From an uncultured Alphaproteobacteria bacterium (GTDB lineage Bacteria; Pseudomonadota; Alphaproteobacteria; Rhizobiales; Xanthobacteraceae): a DNA stretch of 64,000 nucleotides. The position numbers were made by a program, and so were the translations under genes. Under the pieces are notes generated by a model. That model had not been told where the DNA came from. It worked only from the letters and a program-made list of their open reading frames with translations, and made no database searches. Location of the stretch: the NCBI GenBank assembly GCA_963736075.1, contig CAVTNW010000013.1, positions 57,913-121,912 on the forward strand. Direction: 5' to 3'. Positions 28,175-39,080 of the stretch are shown in pieces. Numbering within the stretch: the stretch's first letter is position 1; each line of letters begins with the position of its first letter.

Positions 28175-28944
28175 TCAGCTCATCCAATTTCCGCCGTCGA
28201 CATTGTAGGTCTGGGCAACGATGTAGTCGCTCTCGGCGCCGGCCAGGAAGATAGCCATGCCCACCAGATCTTCCGCGCGACCCATGCGCCCGTAGGGAAC
28301 GGCGTCGCCGACCATGCGCTTTTTCTCGCCGAGCGGGCGTTTCTCGTATTTGGCAAACAGCGCGTCGACCCCATCCCAGTGTTCGCCATCGACAACGCCG
28401 GGCGCAATGGCGTTGACATTGATGCGGTGGCGGATCAGGTCGAGCCCAGCGGATTGCGTGAGGCTGATGACGGCGGACTTGGTTGCGCAATAGACCGCGA
28501 CCAGCGCCTCGCCGCGGCGGCCGGCCTGGCTCGCCATGTTGATGATCTTGCCGCCCTTGCCGCGCGCGATCATCGATCTCGCCACCGCCTGCGAGGTGAA
28601 CAGCACCCCTCCGACATTGATCGCGAACAGCCTTTCGAAGCTCTCTCTGGAAATTTCGGCGATCGGGGCTGCGTCGAACACGCCGGCGTTGTTGACCAGA
28701 ATATCGATCCCTCCCGCCGCAGCTTCGACCTTTCCGACCGCAGCGTCGATCGAACCTTGGCTGGTGACGTCAAGATGCAGCGCATAGGCGGCGGGACCGA
28801 TGGCATCGGCGGCGGCCGTCGCACGCGCCAGATCGATGTCCGCGACCGCCACGGTTGCGCCCTCCCGCGCATAGGCCTCGGCGAAGGCGCGGCCGATGCC
28901 GCGCGCCGCGCCGGTGATCAGGGCAGACTTGCCTTTGAGACGTC

Positions 28945-28948
<4 letters not shown>
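28175..28948 (-). CDS. SDR-family polyol dehydrogenase (sorbitol/galactitol dehydrogenase-like)
   Basis: [12 protein letters not shown] and YCATK motifs. The N-terminus [26 protein letters not shown] resembles Rhodobacter-type sorbitol dehydrogenase. ATGA overlap with the ABC ATPase stop. Confidence 0.8.
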
Positions 28949-29946
<998 letters not shown>

Positions 29947-29958
29947 GCTCCCTCGCGG

Positions 29959-30786
29959 CTATTTCACGGCGCCAAAGGTCAGCCCGCGCACCAATTGGCG
30001 TTGCGAGAACCAGCCCAGTAGCAGGATGGGAGCAATGGCGAGGGTCGAGGCGGCCGAGAGTTTTGCCCAGAACAGCCCCTCGGGACTGGAATAGGAGGCG
30101 ATAAAGGCGGTAAGCGGCGCCGCGTTGGCGGCGGTCAGGTTGAGCGTCCAGAACGCCTCGTTCCAGGCGAGGATGATGTTGAGCAGCAACGTCGATGCAA
30201 TTCCAGGCACCGCCATGGGCGCCAGCACGTAGACGATCTCCTTGCCGAGCGAGGCGCCGTCCATCCGCGCCGCCTCAAGGATGTCGCCGGGAATTTCCCG
30301 GAAATAGGTGTAGAGCATCCAGACCACGATCGGCAGATTGATCAGCATCAATACGCCGATCAACCCGGAAAGCGTATCAAGCAGGCCCCAATCGCGAAAC
30401 AGCAGATAGATCGGGATCAGGGCGCCGACCGGCGGCATCATCTTGGTCGACAACATCCACATCAGGATGTCCCTGGTTCGCCTGGTCGGTGCGAACGCCA
30501 TGGCCCAGGCCGCGGGAACGGCTACCAGGATCGCGACCAATGTCGAGCCGAACGCGACCGCTACCGAATTGAAGAAATGTTTGAGATAGTCGGAACGGCT
30601 CTGCACTTCTACATAGTTCTCGATCGTCCAGTGGAAGAACAGGAACGTCGGGGGCGAGGCGATGGCATCGCCTTCGGACTTGAAGCTGGTCAGGAAGGTC
30701 CACAGGATCGGAAAGAAGATCAGGAGCCCGACGATCCAGCCGATCGTGGTGATGAGCGCGTGGTGACCTTTCGAGGACGTCCGCAT
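29959..30786 (-). CDS. carbohydrate ABC transporter permease (MalG/SmoG-like)
   Basis: 275 aa with 6 TM segments. EAA-loop region EAARMDGASLGKEIVYVLAP. Confidence 0.9.
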   Translation of the reverse strand: MRTSSKGHHALITTIGWIVGLLIFFPILWTFLTSFKSEGDAIASPPTFLFFHWTIENYVEVQSRSDYLKHFFNSVAVAFGSTLVAILVAVPAAWAMAFAPTRRTRDILMWMLSTKMMPPVGALIPIYLLFRDWGLLDTLSGLIGVLMLINLPIVVWMLYTYFREIPGDILEAARMDGASLGKEIVYVLAPMAVPGIASTLLLNIILAWNEAFWTLNLTAANAAPLTAFIASYSSPEGLFWAKLSAASTLAIAPILLLGWFSQRQLVRGLTFGAVK

Positions 30787-30789
30787 GTT

Positions 30790-31664
30790 TCAGGCGTCCA
30801 AATTCTTGCCGATGAGACGAACCAGGAATAACGCGACGACGTTGGCAAGCACGACGGCGACGATGCCTCCAGCGGACGCGCCGCCGATATCGTATTGCAG
30901 CAGCGCCTGCGCGTAGACGAGATAGGTGATGTTCGTGCTCTCGGTGCCCGGCCCGCCCCCGGTCGTGATCAGAATCTCGGCGAAAACCGACAGCAGGTAG
31001 ATCGTCTCGATGAGGATGACGACAGCGATGGCGCGCGCCAGATGCGGCAGGATGATGTACAGGAACAGGGAGATGGCGTGCGCGCCATCCATCTCCGCCG
31101 CCTCCTTCTGCTCCTGGTCGAGCGATTGCAGCGCGGTGAGAAGAATCAGGGTCGCAAACGGCAGCCACTGCCAGGCAACGATCAGAACGATCGAGAACAG
31201 CGGCAGCATGGGCGAACCAATCGATCGGCTGCAGCCCAAGCCCGCGCGCGATCCAGGCGAACAGGCCGTAGACCGGATGCATCATCATGTTCTTCCAGAC
31301 CAGGGCCGACACCGTCGGCATCACGAAGAATGGCGCAATCACCAGCAGCCGGACGATGCCCTGCCCCGCGATCGGCTGGTCCAGCAACAGCGCGAGAAGG
31401 ATGCCGCCCGTTACCGTGATCAGGAGCACGCCGCCGACCAAAAGCAGTGTGTTGCCGATGGCCTGCAGGAATGCCGGATCGGTGAGGAAGTAGGAATAGT
31501 TCAGGAGCCCGACGAAGGCCGCAGTCCCGGGCGTCAACAGATTGTAGTTGCAGAAGCGAAAAATACAGCGTCATCGCCAACGGCACGATCATCCATCCGA
31601 ACAGCAGGATAACCGAGGGCGCCATCATCAAACGCGCCGCGGAGCGGGTATGAAGTGTGGCCAT
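30790..31664 (-). pseudogene. carbohydrate ABC transporter permease (MalF/SmoF-like) with two apparent +1 frameshifts
   Basis: The protein is spread over three frames. 31664-~31550 reads MATLHTRSAARLMMAPSVILLFGWMIVPLAMTLYFS. ~31545-31225 reads NYNLLTPGTAAF...GLQPIDW. ~31225-30790 reads SPMLPLFSIVLIVAWQWLPF...EAAEMDGAH.... The span is 875 nt. Removing two single bases would give 873 nt, or 290 codons plus a stop. Confidence 0.8.
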
Positions 31665-31747
31665 GGCGTCGTCCCAGGAAAAACAACCCGCGTCAAACCG
31701 GCGGCGGCCGCGCGCGGGAAACAGGCGGCCGCCGACCTGCGCTGGGG

Positions 31748-33064
31748 CTACTTGATGTAGCCCGCCTTGGTCATCTCACGCAGCGTCAAGGCTTGCGCGT
31801 TCTTGAGCGCCTGATCCGCCGTCGAGGATCCGGCCAGCGCGGCCGCGAACTGTTGCCCGACCGCCGTGCCAATGCCCTGAAATTCGGGAATGGCGGCGAA
31901 CTGGACGCCGATATAGGGCTTCGGCTTGTCGTTGCCATCGAGGCCAGGATTGGCCGAGTCGATCGCCTGCAAGGTCATCGCGGCGAATGGCGCCGCCTTT
32001 TGATAATCCGGATTGGCGTAGAGCGATTTGCGGGTGCCAGGCGGCACGTTGGCCCAGCCATCCTTCGACGCAACCAGTTCGGCGTACGGCTTGCTGGTCG
32101 CCCAGGCGATGAATTTCTCCGCAGCCTCCACCTTCTTCGACCCGGCGGGAATGCCGAGCGACCAGGCCCAGAGCCAGTTGGCGTTCTTGCAGGTGGTGCC
32201 GCAAGGCGCCGGCGCATAGCCGACCTTGTCGGCAACCTTCGAGGCTTTGGGATCCGAGACGAAGGATGCCGCGACGGTGGCATCGATCCACATCCCGCAT
32301 TTGCCGGACTGGAACAAAGCCAGGTTCTCGTTGAACCCATTGGACGAAGCGCCCGGAGGTCCCGAAGTCTTCATGAGGTCCAGATAGGTATCGAGAGTCT
32401 TCTTCCATTCCGGCCCGTCGAATGTCGGATGCCATTTCTCGTCGAACCAGCGGCCGCTATAGGAATTCGCCATCGTGGTCAGGAACGCCATGTTCTCGCC
32501 CCAGCCTGGCTTGCCCCGCAGACAAATGCCGTAAATCTCCTTCGACTTGTCCGTGATCTTGGCGGCCGCGCTCTTGATGAAATCCCAATTGGGCTTGTCC
32601 GGCATTTTCAGCCCGGCCGCCTCGAACAGATCCTTGCGGTACATGATCATCGAGCTTTCGCCGTAGAACGGCGCGGCATAAAGTTTGCCGTCGACAGTCA
32701 GGCCGGCGCGGATCGGCGGCAACAGATCATCGACGTCGTAGCCGGCACCGAGGCCGGTCAGCGGCACGAGCCAGTCTTGCTTGGCCCAGATCGGAACCTC
32801 GTAGGTGCCGATCGTCAGCACATCGTACTGCCCTCCCTTGGTGGCGATGTCGGTAGTCACCTTCTGACGAAGCACGTTTTCTTCCAGCGTCACCCATTCC
32901 AGATCGATGCCGGGGTTCTTGGCCTTGAAGTCGTCGGTCAGCTTCTGCATCCGGATCATGTCGCCATTGTTGACCGTGGCGATCGTCAATTTGGTTTGGG
33001 CCGAGGCCGTAGCGGCCAAGACGGCCGTCGCACATGCGGCGATCAGAAACGATGCAAGCTTCAT
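31748..33064 (-). CDS. sugar/polyol ABC transporter periplasmic substrate-binding protein
   Basis: Signal peptide MKLASFLIAACATAVLAATASAQT. GGGAGA Shine-Dalgarno sequence 7 nt upstream of ATG 33064. 438 aa, family-1 extracellular solute-binding protein. Confidence 0.9.
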   Translation of the reverse strand: MKLASFLIAACATAVLAATASAQTKLTIATVNNGDMIRMQKLTDDFKAKNPGIDLEWVTLEENVLRQKVTTDIATKGGQYDVLTIGTYEVPIWAKQDWLVPLTGLGAGYDVDDLLPPIRAGLTVDGKLYAAPFYGESSMIMYRKDLFEAAGLKMPDKPNWDFIKSAAAKITDKSKEIYGICLRGKPGWGENMAFLTTMANSYSGRWFDEKWHPTFDGPEWKKTLDTYLDLMKTSGPPGASSNGFNENLALFQSGKCGMWIDATVAASFVSDPKASKVADKVGYAPAPCGTTCKNANWLWAWSLGIPAGSKKVEAAEKFIAWATSKPYAELVASKDGWANVPPGTRKSLYANPDYQKAAPFAAMTLQAIDSANPGLDGNDKPKPYIGVQFAAIPEFQGIGTAVGQQFAAALAGSSTADQALKNAQALTLREMTKAGYIK

Positions 33065-33167
33065 TCTTTTTCTCCCGCGTCAAGGTTATTGAGCATTTGC
33101 CTTGGTTGCGAGCAATTACTCGCCTGATAGGGATTTCTGTCAAGGGGTGTTCGATGTTGCAATGCAG

Positions 33168-33186
33168 CTAGAACACGATCTAGAAC
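33168..33186. promoter_or_regulatory. tandem CTAGAAC direct repeat (12-nt period), candidate SorC-type operator
   Basis: CTAGAAC occurs at 33168-33174 and 33180-33186, about 105-120 nt upstream of the binding-protein start and just downstream of the SorC-family regulator gene. Confidence 0.25.
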
Positions 33187-33312
33187 TATGGCTCGCCTGA
33201 ATCAACCTATGATTGAAGCTGATATTTGCTCAGGATGCCCGAAGCGTTGATCACGCTTGAATGCAAGGGACAGGATCGCGGCCCGCGGCCGCTAAAACCA
33301 TGTCGAACCCGG

Positions 33313-34338
33313 CTACTTGAGGCCGAGCACCGCCTGCGCCGTGGCTTCGTCGGTGATCAGGCCATTGATCAGCCGGCCTCGCAGCGCGGCCATGATGCCC
33401 GGCAATTTCAATTTCCCCTTGGCGCCGGCGATCACCAGGCACGCGTCACGCGATGGGATCTGCGCGCTCGCCACCCGATCATAGGTGATATCCGCCACCA
33501 TTTGGCCGCGCTGATCGAACGCCCAGCCGACGATTTCGCCGACGCCGCCGGCTTTCTGAAGCGCCCTCAGCTCCTGCCGGCTGATAAATCCATCGACGAA
33601 CAGCGGCGCAGCCGCACCGAGATCGCCGATACCAACGAAAGCGACGTTGGCTTTGGCCGCCAGTTTCAGCGTGGTTTGAAGCATCGGTTGTCGATGCAGC
33701 AGATCGCGTTCACGCTTCGAGGATGCGATGACCGGCAGCGGCATCGGGAACAACCGGCTGCGGACGGCGGACGCCATGTCGTAGATGACATTGTAGAAGG
33801 CGGCGGAGCCATCCGGCGTAATCGTCCCCGTCAGCGACACGATCTTGTGTTGCGAAGCATCGATGTCCGGCAACAGATCAACCGCGGCTTTCAAGGTCCG
33901 CCCAGTCCCCATCGCCATGACGATCGGCGCCGGCGACCTGAGCACACGTTCGATTTCGACCGCCAGGGCCTCCGCGACGCCCAGCGTCGTGGAGTCCGAC
34001 GCCGGATCGGTGGGCGCGACTTCAACCAGCTTCAGGGCGAAACGGTCTTGCAGCCGGGTCGCCAGATCGAGGCATTGCGTGATCGGGTGTTCGAGACGAA
34101 CCTTGACCAGTCCGGCCGCAACCGCGAGCGACACCAGCCTCTGCGCGGCTTGACGGGAAATGCCGAGCTTGGCGGCGACTTGGTCCTGGGTGTTGCCGGC
34201 GACGTAATATAACCAACCGGCGCGGGCCGCGTCATCGAGACGTCTGTCTTCGTCGTTTCCGCCTCGGGTCAAATGCGCCACGCGATGATTGTAGACCGCC
34301 GCAACCTCCTTAGCTTTTGAAGGCTCGCAATTCAACAT
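33313..34338 (-). CDS. SorC/DeoR-type sugar-binding transcriptional regulator
   Basis: Starts at ATG 34338. HTH region GNTQDQVAAKLGISRQAAQRLV, followed by a SorC-type sugar-binding domain (GIGDLG...). Confidence 0.85.
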   Translation of the reverse strand: MLNCEPSKAKEVAAVYNHRVAHLTRGGNDEDRRLDDAARAGWLYYVAGNTQDQVAAKLGISRQAAQRLVSLAVAAGLVKVRLEHPITQCLDLATRLQDRFALKLVEVAPTDPASDSTTLGVAEALAVEIERVLRSPAPIVMAMGTGRTLKAAVDLLPDIDASQHKIVSLTGTITPDGSAAFYNVIYDMASAVRSRLFPMPLPVIASSKRERDLLHRQPMLQTTLKLAAKANVAFVGIGDLGAAAPLFVDGFISRQELRALQKAGGVGEIVGWAFDQRGQMVADITYDRVASAQIPSRDACLVIAGAKGKLKLPGIMAALRGRLINGLITDEATAQAVLGLK

Positions 34339-34387
34339 GTCAGTCGCAGCGTCTTCGCTGCGGCGGAGGCGGCCGTCAATCGGCCGG

Positions 34388-34954
34388 CTATTTGCCGCCC
34401 TGCCATTGCCCGGAAACGCCAAGCACGACCCTGATCCGGCCCGAGCCGGTCTCGTTCAGCGACGTGGTCTGCGGCACCTGCACGTCAAGCTGCTCGACGA
34501 ACAGGAACGGCATGCCGGCCTCCAGATCATACAGCACCTTCTGCAGGCTTGGCTGATCCATTTCGCAACTGACAATGAGGCCCACCGAGCCGTCCTTGGC
34601 CTGGGTGCCGAGCACGTCGACCTGAGAAGACTGGATGGTGCCGCCGACACTGGCCACGGCGGCGGCAACCCGCTGCAGCAGCGTAGCGCCCGCAACCGTT
34701 ACGGTCGGTCCCTCGAGGAACGGCGTGCCCGGATGCTCGGACGCAAAAGACGAAGCCGCGTCGCCGCGCGACTTGCGTCCGCGCAACTGATCCAGCAGGT
34801 CGCTGGTTTGCTCCAGCGCGCGCTGGTGGTCGACGATATCGGACAGCGCCATGCCGGCGGTCGAAAGCAGCGCGCCTGCGACCGCGATGTAGAGCACGAC
34901 CGCGATCAATGGCGAGCGCGCCAGCAGCCGGGTGATGAAATTTGCGGAACTCAT
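34388..34954 (-). CDS. gspM: type II secretion system protein M (subtype-b-like)
   Basis: 188 aa with a single N-terminal TM segment. Last gene of the gsp operon, in an ATGA overlap with gspL. Assigned by position, size and topology. Confidence 0.55.
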   Translation of the reverse strand: MSSANFITRLLARSPLIAVVLYIAVAGALLSTAGMALSDIVDHQRALEQTSDLLDQLRGRKSRGDAASSFASEHPGTPFLEGPTVTVAGATLLQRVAAAVASVGGTIQSSQVDVLGTQAKDGSVGLIVSCEMDQPSLQKVLYDLEAGMPFLFVEQLDVQVPQTTSLNETGSGRIRVVLGVSGQWQGGK

Positions 34955-36006
34955 GGCGGCGCCGTGTTCTTCGGTTCGATCAGCGCCTCGATATGGAAAC
35001 GCTCGCCGGGATCGGCTTGGGAACGGGTGGTCGGAGCATAGAAGGTCGCGTGGGTAAAATGCGGGGATTGCTCGAGCAACGGGATCAGCGAGGGCGCATC
35101 GCGGGTGATGCCGACGACCTGAAGCTTGGCGCCGGCGAGATGCAGCTCGGTGACATAGGTGTGGTCCGGCAGCACCTCGCTCAACGCCTCGAGCACGATG
35201 ACGCTGGCCGGCGTCTCATTTTTGCGTCGCTCGAGTGCGGCGAGCGGCGAGCGGTCGCCGCCATCGCTGCCGGCAAGAATAGCGGCGCGCCGTTGCGAAA
35301 TCTGCCGCGCCAGTTCGCCCTGCTGCGTCCCGAGGCGATCGGCCATATAGGCCGCCGATATCACGGCGAGCATTGCGAGAACCGCGGTCACGCCAAGCCC
35401 AATCAAGAGCGCGCGGCTCAGGCGCGCGGCGTCCAGGTGGCCGCGCGCCTTCTGCTCGAACACCTTGACGCGGCCGGCGTTGCGCTCGGCAGCATCGGTG
35501 CAGACCGCGACGGCGGCCGGGTGGAACCGGGATACCGCCTCCACATACGTCATCGCCATCTTGCGGGTGGTGGCGGCAATCACCGTGACGATGCTCTCGG
35601 CGCTGCTCTCGACCGGGGCGCTGCAACCGAATACGGCCTCGTTCGCGCTCCATGGCGTCAGGCGGTCGATCTGCGCGCGCACGATGCCATCGAGGAAATC
35701 CGCCGCCCGCGCCGGCAACTCTAGTGGACGAAAAAGGAAGCGATCGGGCCGCAGCACGATCTCGACCCGGCTTCCACGCAGCAGCGGCGCAAGACCCGGC
35801 GCGGCCAGTGCTCCGCCGGCAAAAGCGACGCGCGCCGGAAGGTTGTCCGGCTTAAGCGCGCTTTCGACGGAAAATTCGCTTCTCTCATCCTCGATCAACC
35901 GGATCACGCGCGGCGACACGACGCGATCCAGTCCGGCAATGATCGCGGCGGCCACGCTCGCTGTCCAGGCGTTGAGAATCGCGCCGATGGTTTCAACGAG
36001 ATTCAT
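34951..36006 (-). CDS. gspL: type II secretion system protein L
   Basis: Starts at ATG 36006 in an ATGA overlap with the gspK stop. About 351 aa, bitopic (TM segment LLIGLGVTAVLAMLAVISAAY). The ORF-track extension to 36405 overlaps gspK and was rejected. Confidence 0.6.
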   Translation of the reverse strand: MNLVETIGAILNAWTASVAAAIIAGLDRVVSPRVIRLIEDERSEFSVESALKPDNLPARVAFAGGALAAPGLAPLLRGSRVEIVLRPDRFLFRPLELPARAADFLDGIVRAQIDRLTPWSANEAVFGCSAPVESSAESIVTVIAATTRKMAMTYVEAVSRFHPAAVAVCTDAAERNAGRVKVFEQKARGHLDAARLSRALLIGLGVTAVLAMLAVISAAYMADRLGTQQGELARQISQRRAAILAGSDGGDRSPLAALERRKNETPASVIVLEALSEVLPDHTYVTELHLAGAKLQVVGITRDAPSLIPLLEQSPHFTHATFYAPTTRSQADPGERFHIEALIEPKNTAPP

Positions 36007-37037
36007 TCTGCAAAGCCTTTCTGCGATCCGGTGCCACCGTCGGAGCCGTTGCGCCAGGACAGGACGCGGTAAGGCTCCTCGCCGCCATCGAGCAGGAGAA
36101 TCACGACCTCCGCCTTGCTCTGCCGGCCACGGCCGGTATCGACGCCGATTGTCAAGCGGTAGGCCTTGGAGCCGGCCAGGGTCGCCCCCTGGCCTCCGGT
36201 CAACCCGAGCAGGGACCGCGGATCCTGCGCCGGATCGGCGCGCTCCGCGAGCACCTCCTGCAGTCGTTCCGGCGCCATGCCGGGTAGCGCCGCCAGCACC
36301 TGCGGCGCGGCGTCGACAATGTTGACCGAATCCGTATTGCTGAACACCGTGACGAACGGCAGCATGCGTTCGATTACAAGCGGCGGAATTCCCTGCACCA
36401 GCCACAGTTCGTCCGGATGCGGGAACGGCGCATGTCGTGGCAGGTAGGCTACGCCGGAGGCGCGGTAGAAGGCGTTTTCCGGATCGTCCTCGCCCGACTG
36501 CGCCGCCGTGCGCCAGGCAACGATATGGTCGGCATAGAGCGGAGCATTCGACGGAGCTACGCCCAGTCCGGTGATCAGGCCGGTAAGCAGGTTTTTGGGC
36601 GCGGTATTGAGATCGATGCGGGCGGCCTCGGTTAGAAAGGTCACCGCGACCTTGCCGACGCCGACCCGGGCATTGAACGCGCCGCTGGTCGGGCGAACGT
36701 CATCCTTGGCGCCCGTCAACCGGTAAGCGGTGAGTTCGACGGCTGCGGTCTCCAATGCTTCGGCCTGGACCCGATCGCTGCTCCCGGCCGCCACCATCGC
36801 GGTGTTGGTGACGTAAGTCAGGTAGATCAGCACCAGCGCCGACAGCGCTGCAAGAATCCACAGCACCGCGACGACGATGAAGCCACGCGGATGTTGCGGG
36901 CCGCAGCCGTCGGCTGCCGTTTGAGGTTCGCAGCTGTCAGGTTTCGCCGTCAGAGTTGCTGGTCCTTTTTCTGATTCTGATCTTCCGGTTTGGTGCCGCC
37001 GCCCAGGCAGGCCGAGGCATCCTTTGCCTGCGCGCAT
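36003..37037 (-). CDS. gspK: type II secretion minor pseudopilin K
   Basis: Has a hydrophobic N-terminal segment RGFIVVAVLWILAALSALVL but lacks Glu+5, as GspK proteins do. About 340 aa. ATG 37037 overlaps gspJ by 88 nt, so the start is uncertain. Confidence 0.7.
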   Translation of the reverse strand: MRAGKGCLGLPGRRHQTGRSESEKGPATLTAKPDSCEPQTAADGCGPQHPRGFIVVAVLWILAALSALVLIYLTYVTNTAMVAAGSSDRVQAEALETAAVELTAYRLTGAKDDVRPTSGAFNARVGVGKVAVTFLTEAARIDLNTAPKNLLTGLITGLGVAPSNAPLYADHIVAWRTAAQSGEDDPENAFYRASGVAYLPRHAPFPHPDELWLVQGIPPLVIERMLPFVTVFSNTDSVNIVDAAPQVLAALPGMAPERLQEVLAERADPAQDPRSLLGLTGGQGATLAGSKAYRLTIGVDTGRGRQSKAEVVILLLDGGEEPYRVLSWRNGSDGGTGSQKGFAE

Positions 37038-37729
37038 TCGATCCCGGCATTGACATGAACAATGGCCGCGCCGGAGACGCTAAGCAATTGCCCGGTCGTA
37101 CTATCGCGTACCGCGACACGGACCATGTCCGGAAGCCGCGCCTGGCCGCGCCAGGTCGGCTGCCAGACCTGATCCGGCCCGGCATAGGAGAAGGTCACGC
37201 GAAACGGCTGCCGTATCAGCACCACCTGATCGGCGAACCGGATCTGCGCCTCCGACGGCATCGGCGCGAACAGCGCGCGCTCGCGTACCATCGCCAGACC
37301 CTGACTGTCGGCCTTCTCGACGAACCTGACGAATTCGAGGCCGGGATGGGCGTTGGGACCCACCGCGCTGCGCACGAAGGTGACGGCCAGTTCGCTGCCC
37401 TCGAACACCGGCGACTTGGTCGCGCCGTTGAGCGGCACCATCTCGGCTACCGATAGGTCGGCCACGATCCGATCGAGCCCCAGCGTCAGCCGCTCGGCGC
37501 GCTGGACGTGCGCCATCCCCCTGTTCCAGTTCGGCAGCCATTGCGCCGTCACCGTCGCCAACGCCGCGAGGATCACCGTCATCAACAGCGTCGCCACCAG
37601 CACTTCGATCAGCGTGAAGCCCGCCTCGCTGGATAGGCGGCCAGCGCGCGGCGCGTGCACCACGCTGGGAGACATTGGGGACAGTCGTCCCCAATGTCTC
37701 GGGAGGGCGCGAGGCGCTGGTGCATTCAT
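36950..37729 (-). CDS. gspJ: type II secretion minor pseudopilin J
   Basis: Prepilin cleavage/methylation motif G|FTLIEVLVA. ATG 37729 forms an ATGA overlap with the gspI stop. An alternative ATG at 37675 gives a shorter leader. Confidence 0.7.
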   Translation of the reverse strand: MNAPAPRALPRHWGRLSPMSPSVVHAPRAGRLSSEAGFTLIEVLVATLLMTVILAALATVTAQWLPNWNRGMAHVQRAERLTLGLDRIVADLSVAEMVPLNGATKSPVFEGSELAVTFVRSAVGPNAHPGLEFVRFVEKADSQGLAMVRERALFAPMPSEAQIRFADQVVLIRQPFRVTFSYAGPDQVWQPTWRGQARLPDMVRVAVRDSTTGQLLSVSGAAIVHVNAGIECAQAKDASACLGGGTKPEDQNQKKDQQL

Positions 37730-38139
37730 CGGTCGAGCCTTGGCGCCAGCCGCACCGTGGTGAATTGCAGCGCGGGGCCATCCGGCGCCTCCAGCCACAT
37801 GTTGACGGTGAGCGGAACGAAATTCTGGGTTTGCGGCGCTCCGCTCGCGTCGGCCAGATGCATCGGCGCGACATCGATCCGCCAGCGATGGCCAGCCAGT
37901 TCGCCCGACTGCCGGCCGGGCTTCAGCAGATTGCGCGCCGGCAACGCGGCGAGCAGGCTTTCGGCGGCGCCGGTCAAGGCCAGGCGCCGGTCGATCGATT
38001 TCGACCCTCTGACCGTCGTTGCGATCACCGTGCCGATCGATGACAGTACCGCGGCGACGATGGCCAGCGCCACCAGCGCCTCGATCAGGGTGAAGCCTGC
38101 AACCCCCCTAGAGCAGATTTTGCGGGACAATGTCGACAC
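37726..38139 (-). CDS. gspI: type II secretion minor pseudopilin I
   Basis: Prepilin motif AG|FTLIEALVA. About 137 aa. GTG start at 38139, with an alternative TTG at 38130. Confidence 0.75.
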   Translation of the reverse strand: MSTLSRKICSRGVAGFTLIEALVALAIVAAVLSSIGTVIATTVRGSKSIDRRLALTGAAESLLAALPARNLLKPGRQSGELAGHRWRIDVAPMHLADASGAPQTQNFVPLTVNMWLEAPDGPALQFTTVRLAPRLDR

Positions 38140-38587
38140 CTCCCGTCAGCCAGTTGACGCGGACCTCATATCCCATCCCTGGACGCGCCAGCGTGATCAC
38201 GCCGCCGCATGACATTCCTGACGGAAAGAAATCGATCGATCTGCCGACGTTCCGGTCCGCGCATTTGGCCGCCAGCATCGCCTGCAACGAAACGTCGCCG
38301 GGGATCCGGATCGTGCGGCCGGTCACGCCGGAGCGGATCAATCGTCCTGCCGCATCGATACGCGTCGTCACCTGGATCTGCCGGCGCAGCGCCGCATTGC
38401 GATCCGCCTTCAGCAGCGCCGCGGTTTCCACTGCATAGCTCTCGAGTTTGGCGCGGGTGGTGGCCCGCGGTATGGCCGGCAGGATGATAGCCGCGAGCAG
38501 GCCGATGATGGCGAGCACGCACAGGATCTCGATCAGCGCGAAACCCCGCTCGGCGGCATCGGGCTCAGCGCGTGCCACTGGCCACAT
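38108..38587 (-). CDS. gspH: type II secretion minor pseudopilin H
   Basis: Starts at ATG 38587 (MWPVARAEPDAAERG|FALIEILCV). The ORF-track start at 38674 overlaps gspG. Confidence 0.7.
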   Translation of the reverse strand: MWPVARAEPDAAERGFALIEILCVLAIIGLLAAIILPAIPRATTRAKLESYAVETAALLKADRNAALRRQIQVTTRIDAAGRLIRSGVTGRTIRIPGDVSLQAMLAAKCADRNVGRSIDFFPSGMSCGGVITLARPGMGYEVRVNWLTGGVDIVPQNLL

Positions 38588-39044
38588 CGCTGGAACCACT
38601 GACAATATCGGCTGCCGTCCCACTGCCGCCCTCCTGACCGTCCGAGCCCAGCGATATGATTTCGTAAGGCGCATGCTCGGCCGGCGAACGATAGATATAG
38701 CTGTGTCCCCAGGGATCGTTGGGCACCACGCCGCCGCGAAGATAGGGGCCGTTCCAGCCGGGTAGATTGTTGCTGTGGGTCAGAGCGGGAAGACCTTCAT
38801 TGCTGTTGGGATAATGCCCGAGATCGAGGTAATAGAGATCGAGCGCGCTGGCGAAACTCTCGATCTGGATTTTCGCGGCCTTGGCCTTGGATTCGCCGAG
38901 ATAGCCGAGCACCCGCGGGCCGACCAGCGCCATGATCAATCCGATGATGGTGATCACTACGAGAATTTCGACCAGCGTAAAGCCGGCCTGCCCGCGAAAT
39001 CTGCGCCGCCGCCTCGCTGCCGAAGCCAGAACATTTCGATCCAT
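38565..39044 (-). CDS. gspG: type II secretion major pseudopilin G
   Basis: Prepilin motif QAG|FTLVEILVVITIIG, followed by canonical GspG core motifs (AKIQIESFASALDLYYLD, NDPWGHSY.Y, LGSDGQEGG). Confidence 0.95.
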   Translation of the reverse strand: MDRNVLASAARRRRRFRGQAGFTLVEILVVITIIGLIMALVGPRVLGYLGESKAKAAKIQIESFASALDLYYLDLGHYPNSNEGLPALTHSNNLPGWNGPYLRGGVVPNDPWGHSYIYRSPAEHAPYEIISLGSDGQEGGSGTAADIVSGSSDVASGTR

Positions 39045-39080
39045 CTTGGTTGCCTCCCGAGCTTGGCTTGTATGGATGGG

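Noticed and set aside
30377-31537. 386-aa ORF spanning two permease genes
   Set aside because: It is a chimera. Only its first ~105 residues are genuine permease sequence (the middle frame of the frameshifted gene). The rest is an out-of-frame read through the next permease gene.
31655-33127. 490-aa ORF on the plus strand
   Set aside because: It is antisense to the well-supported sugar-binding protein gene. It has low-complexity Arg/Gly-rich composition and no ribosome-binding site.
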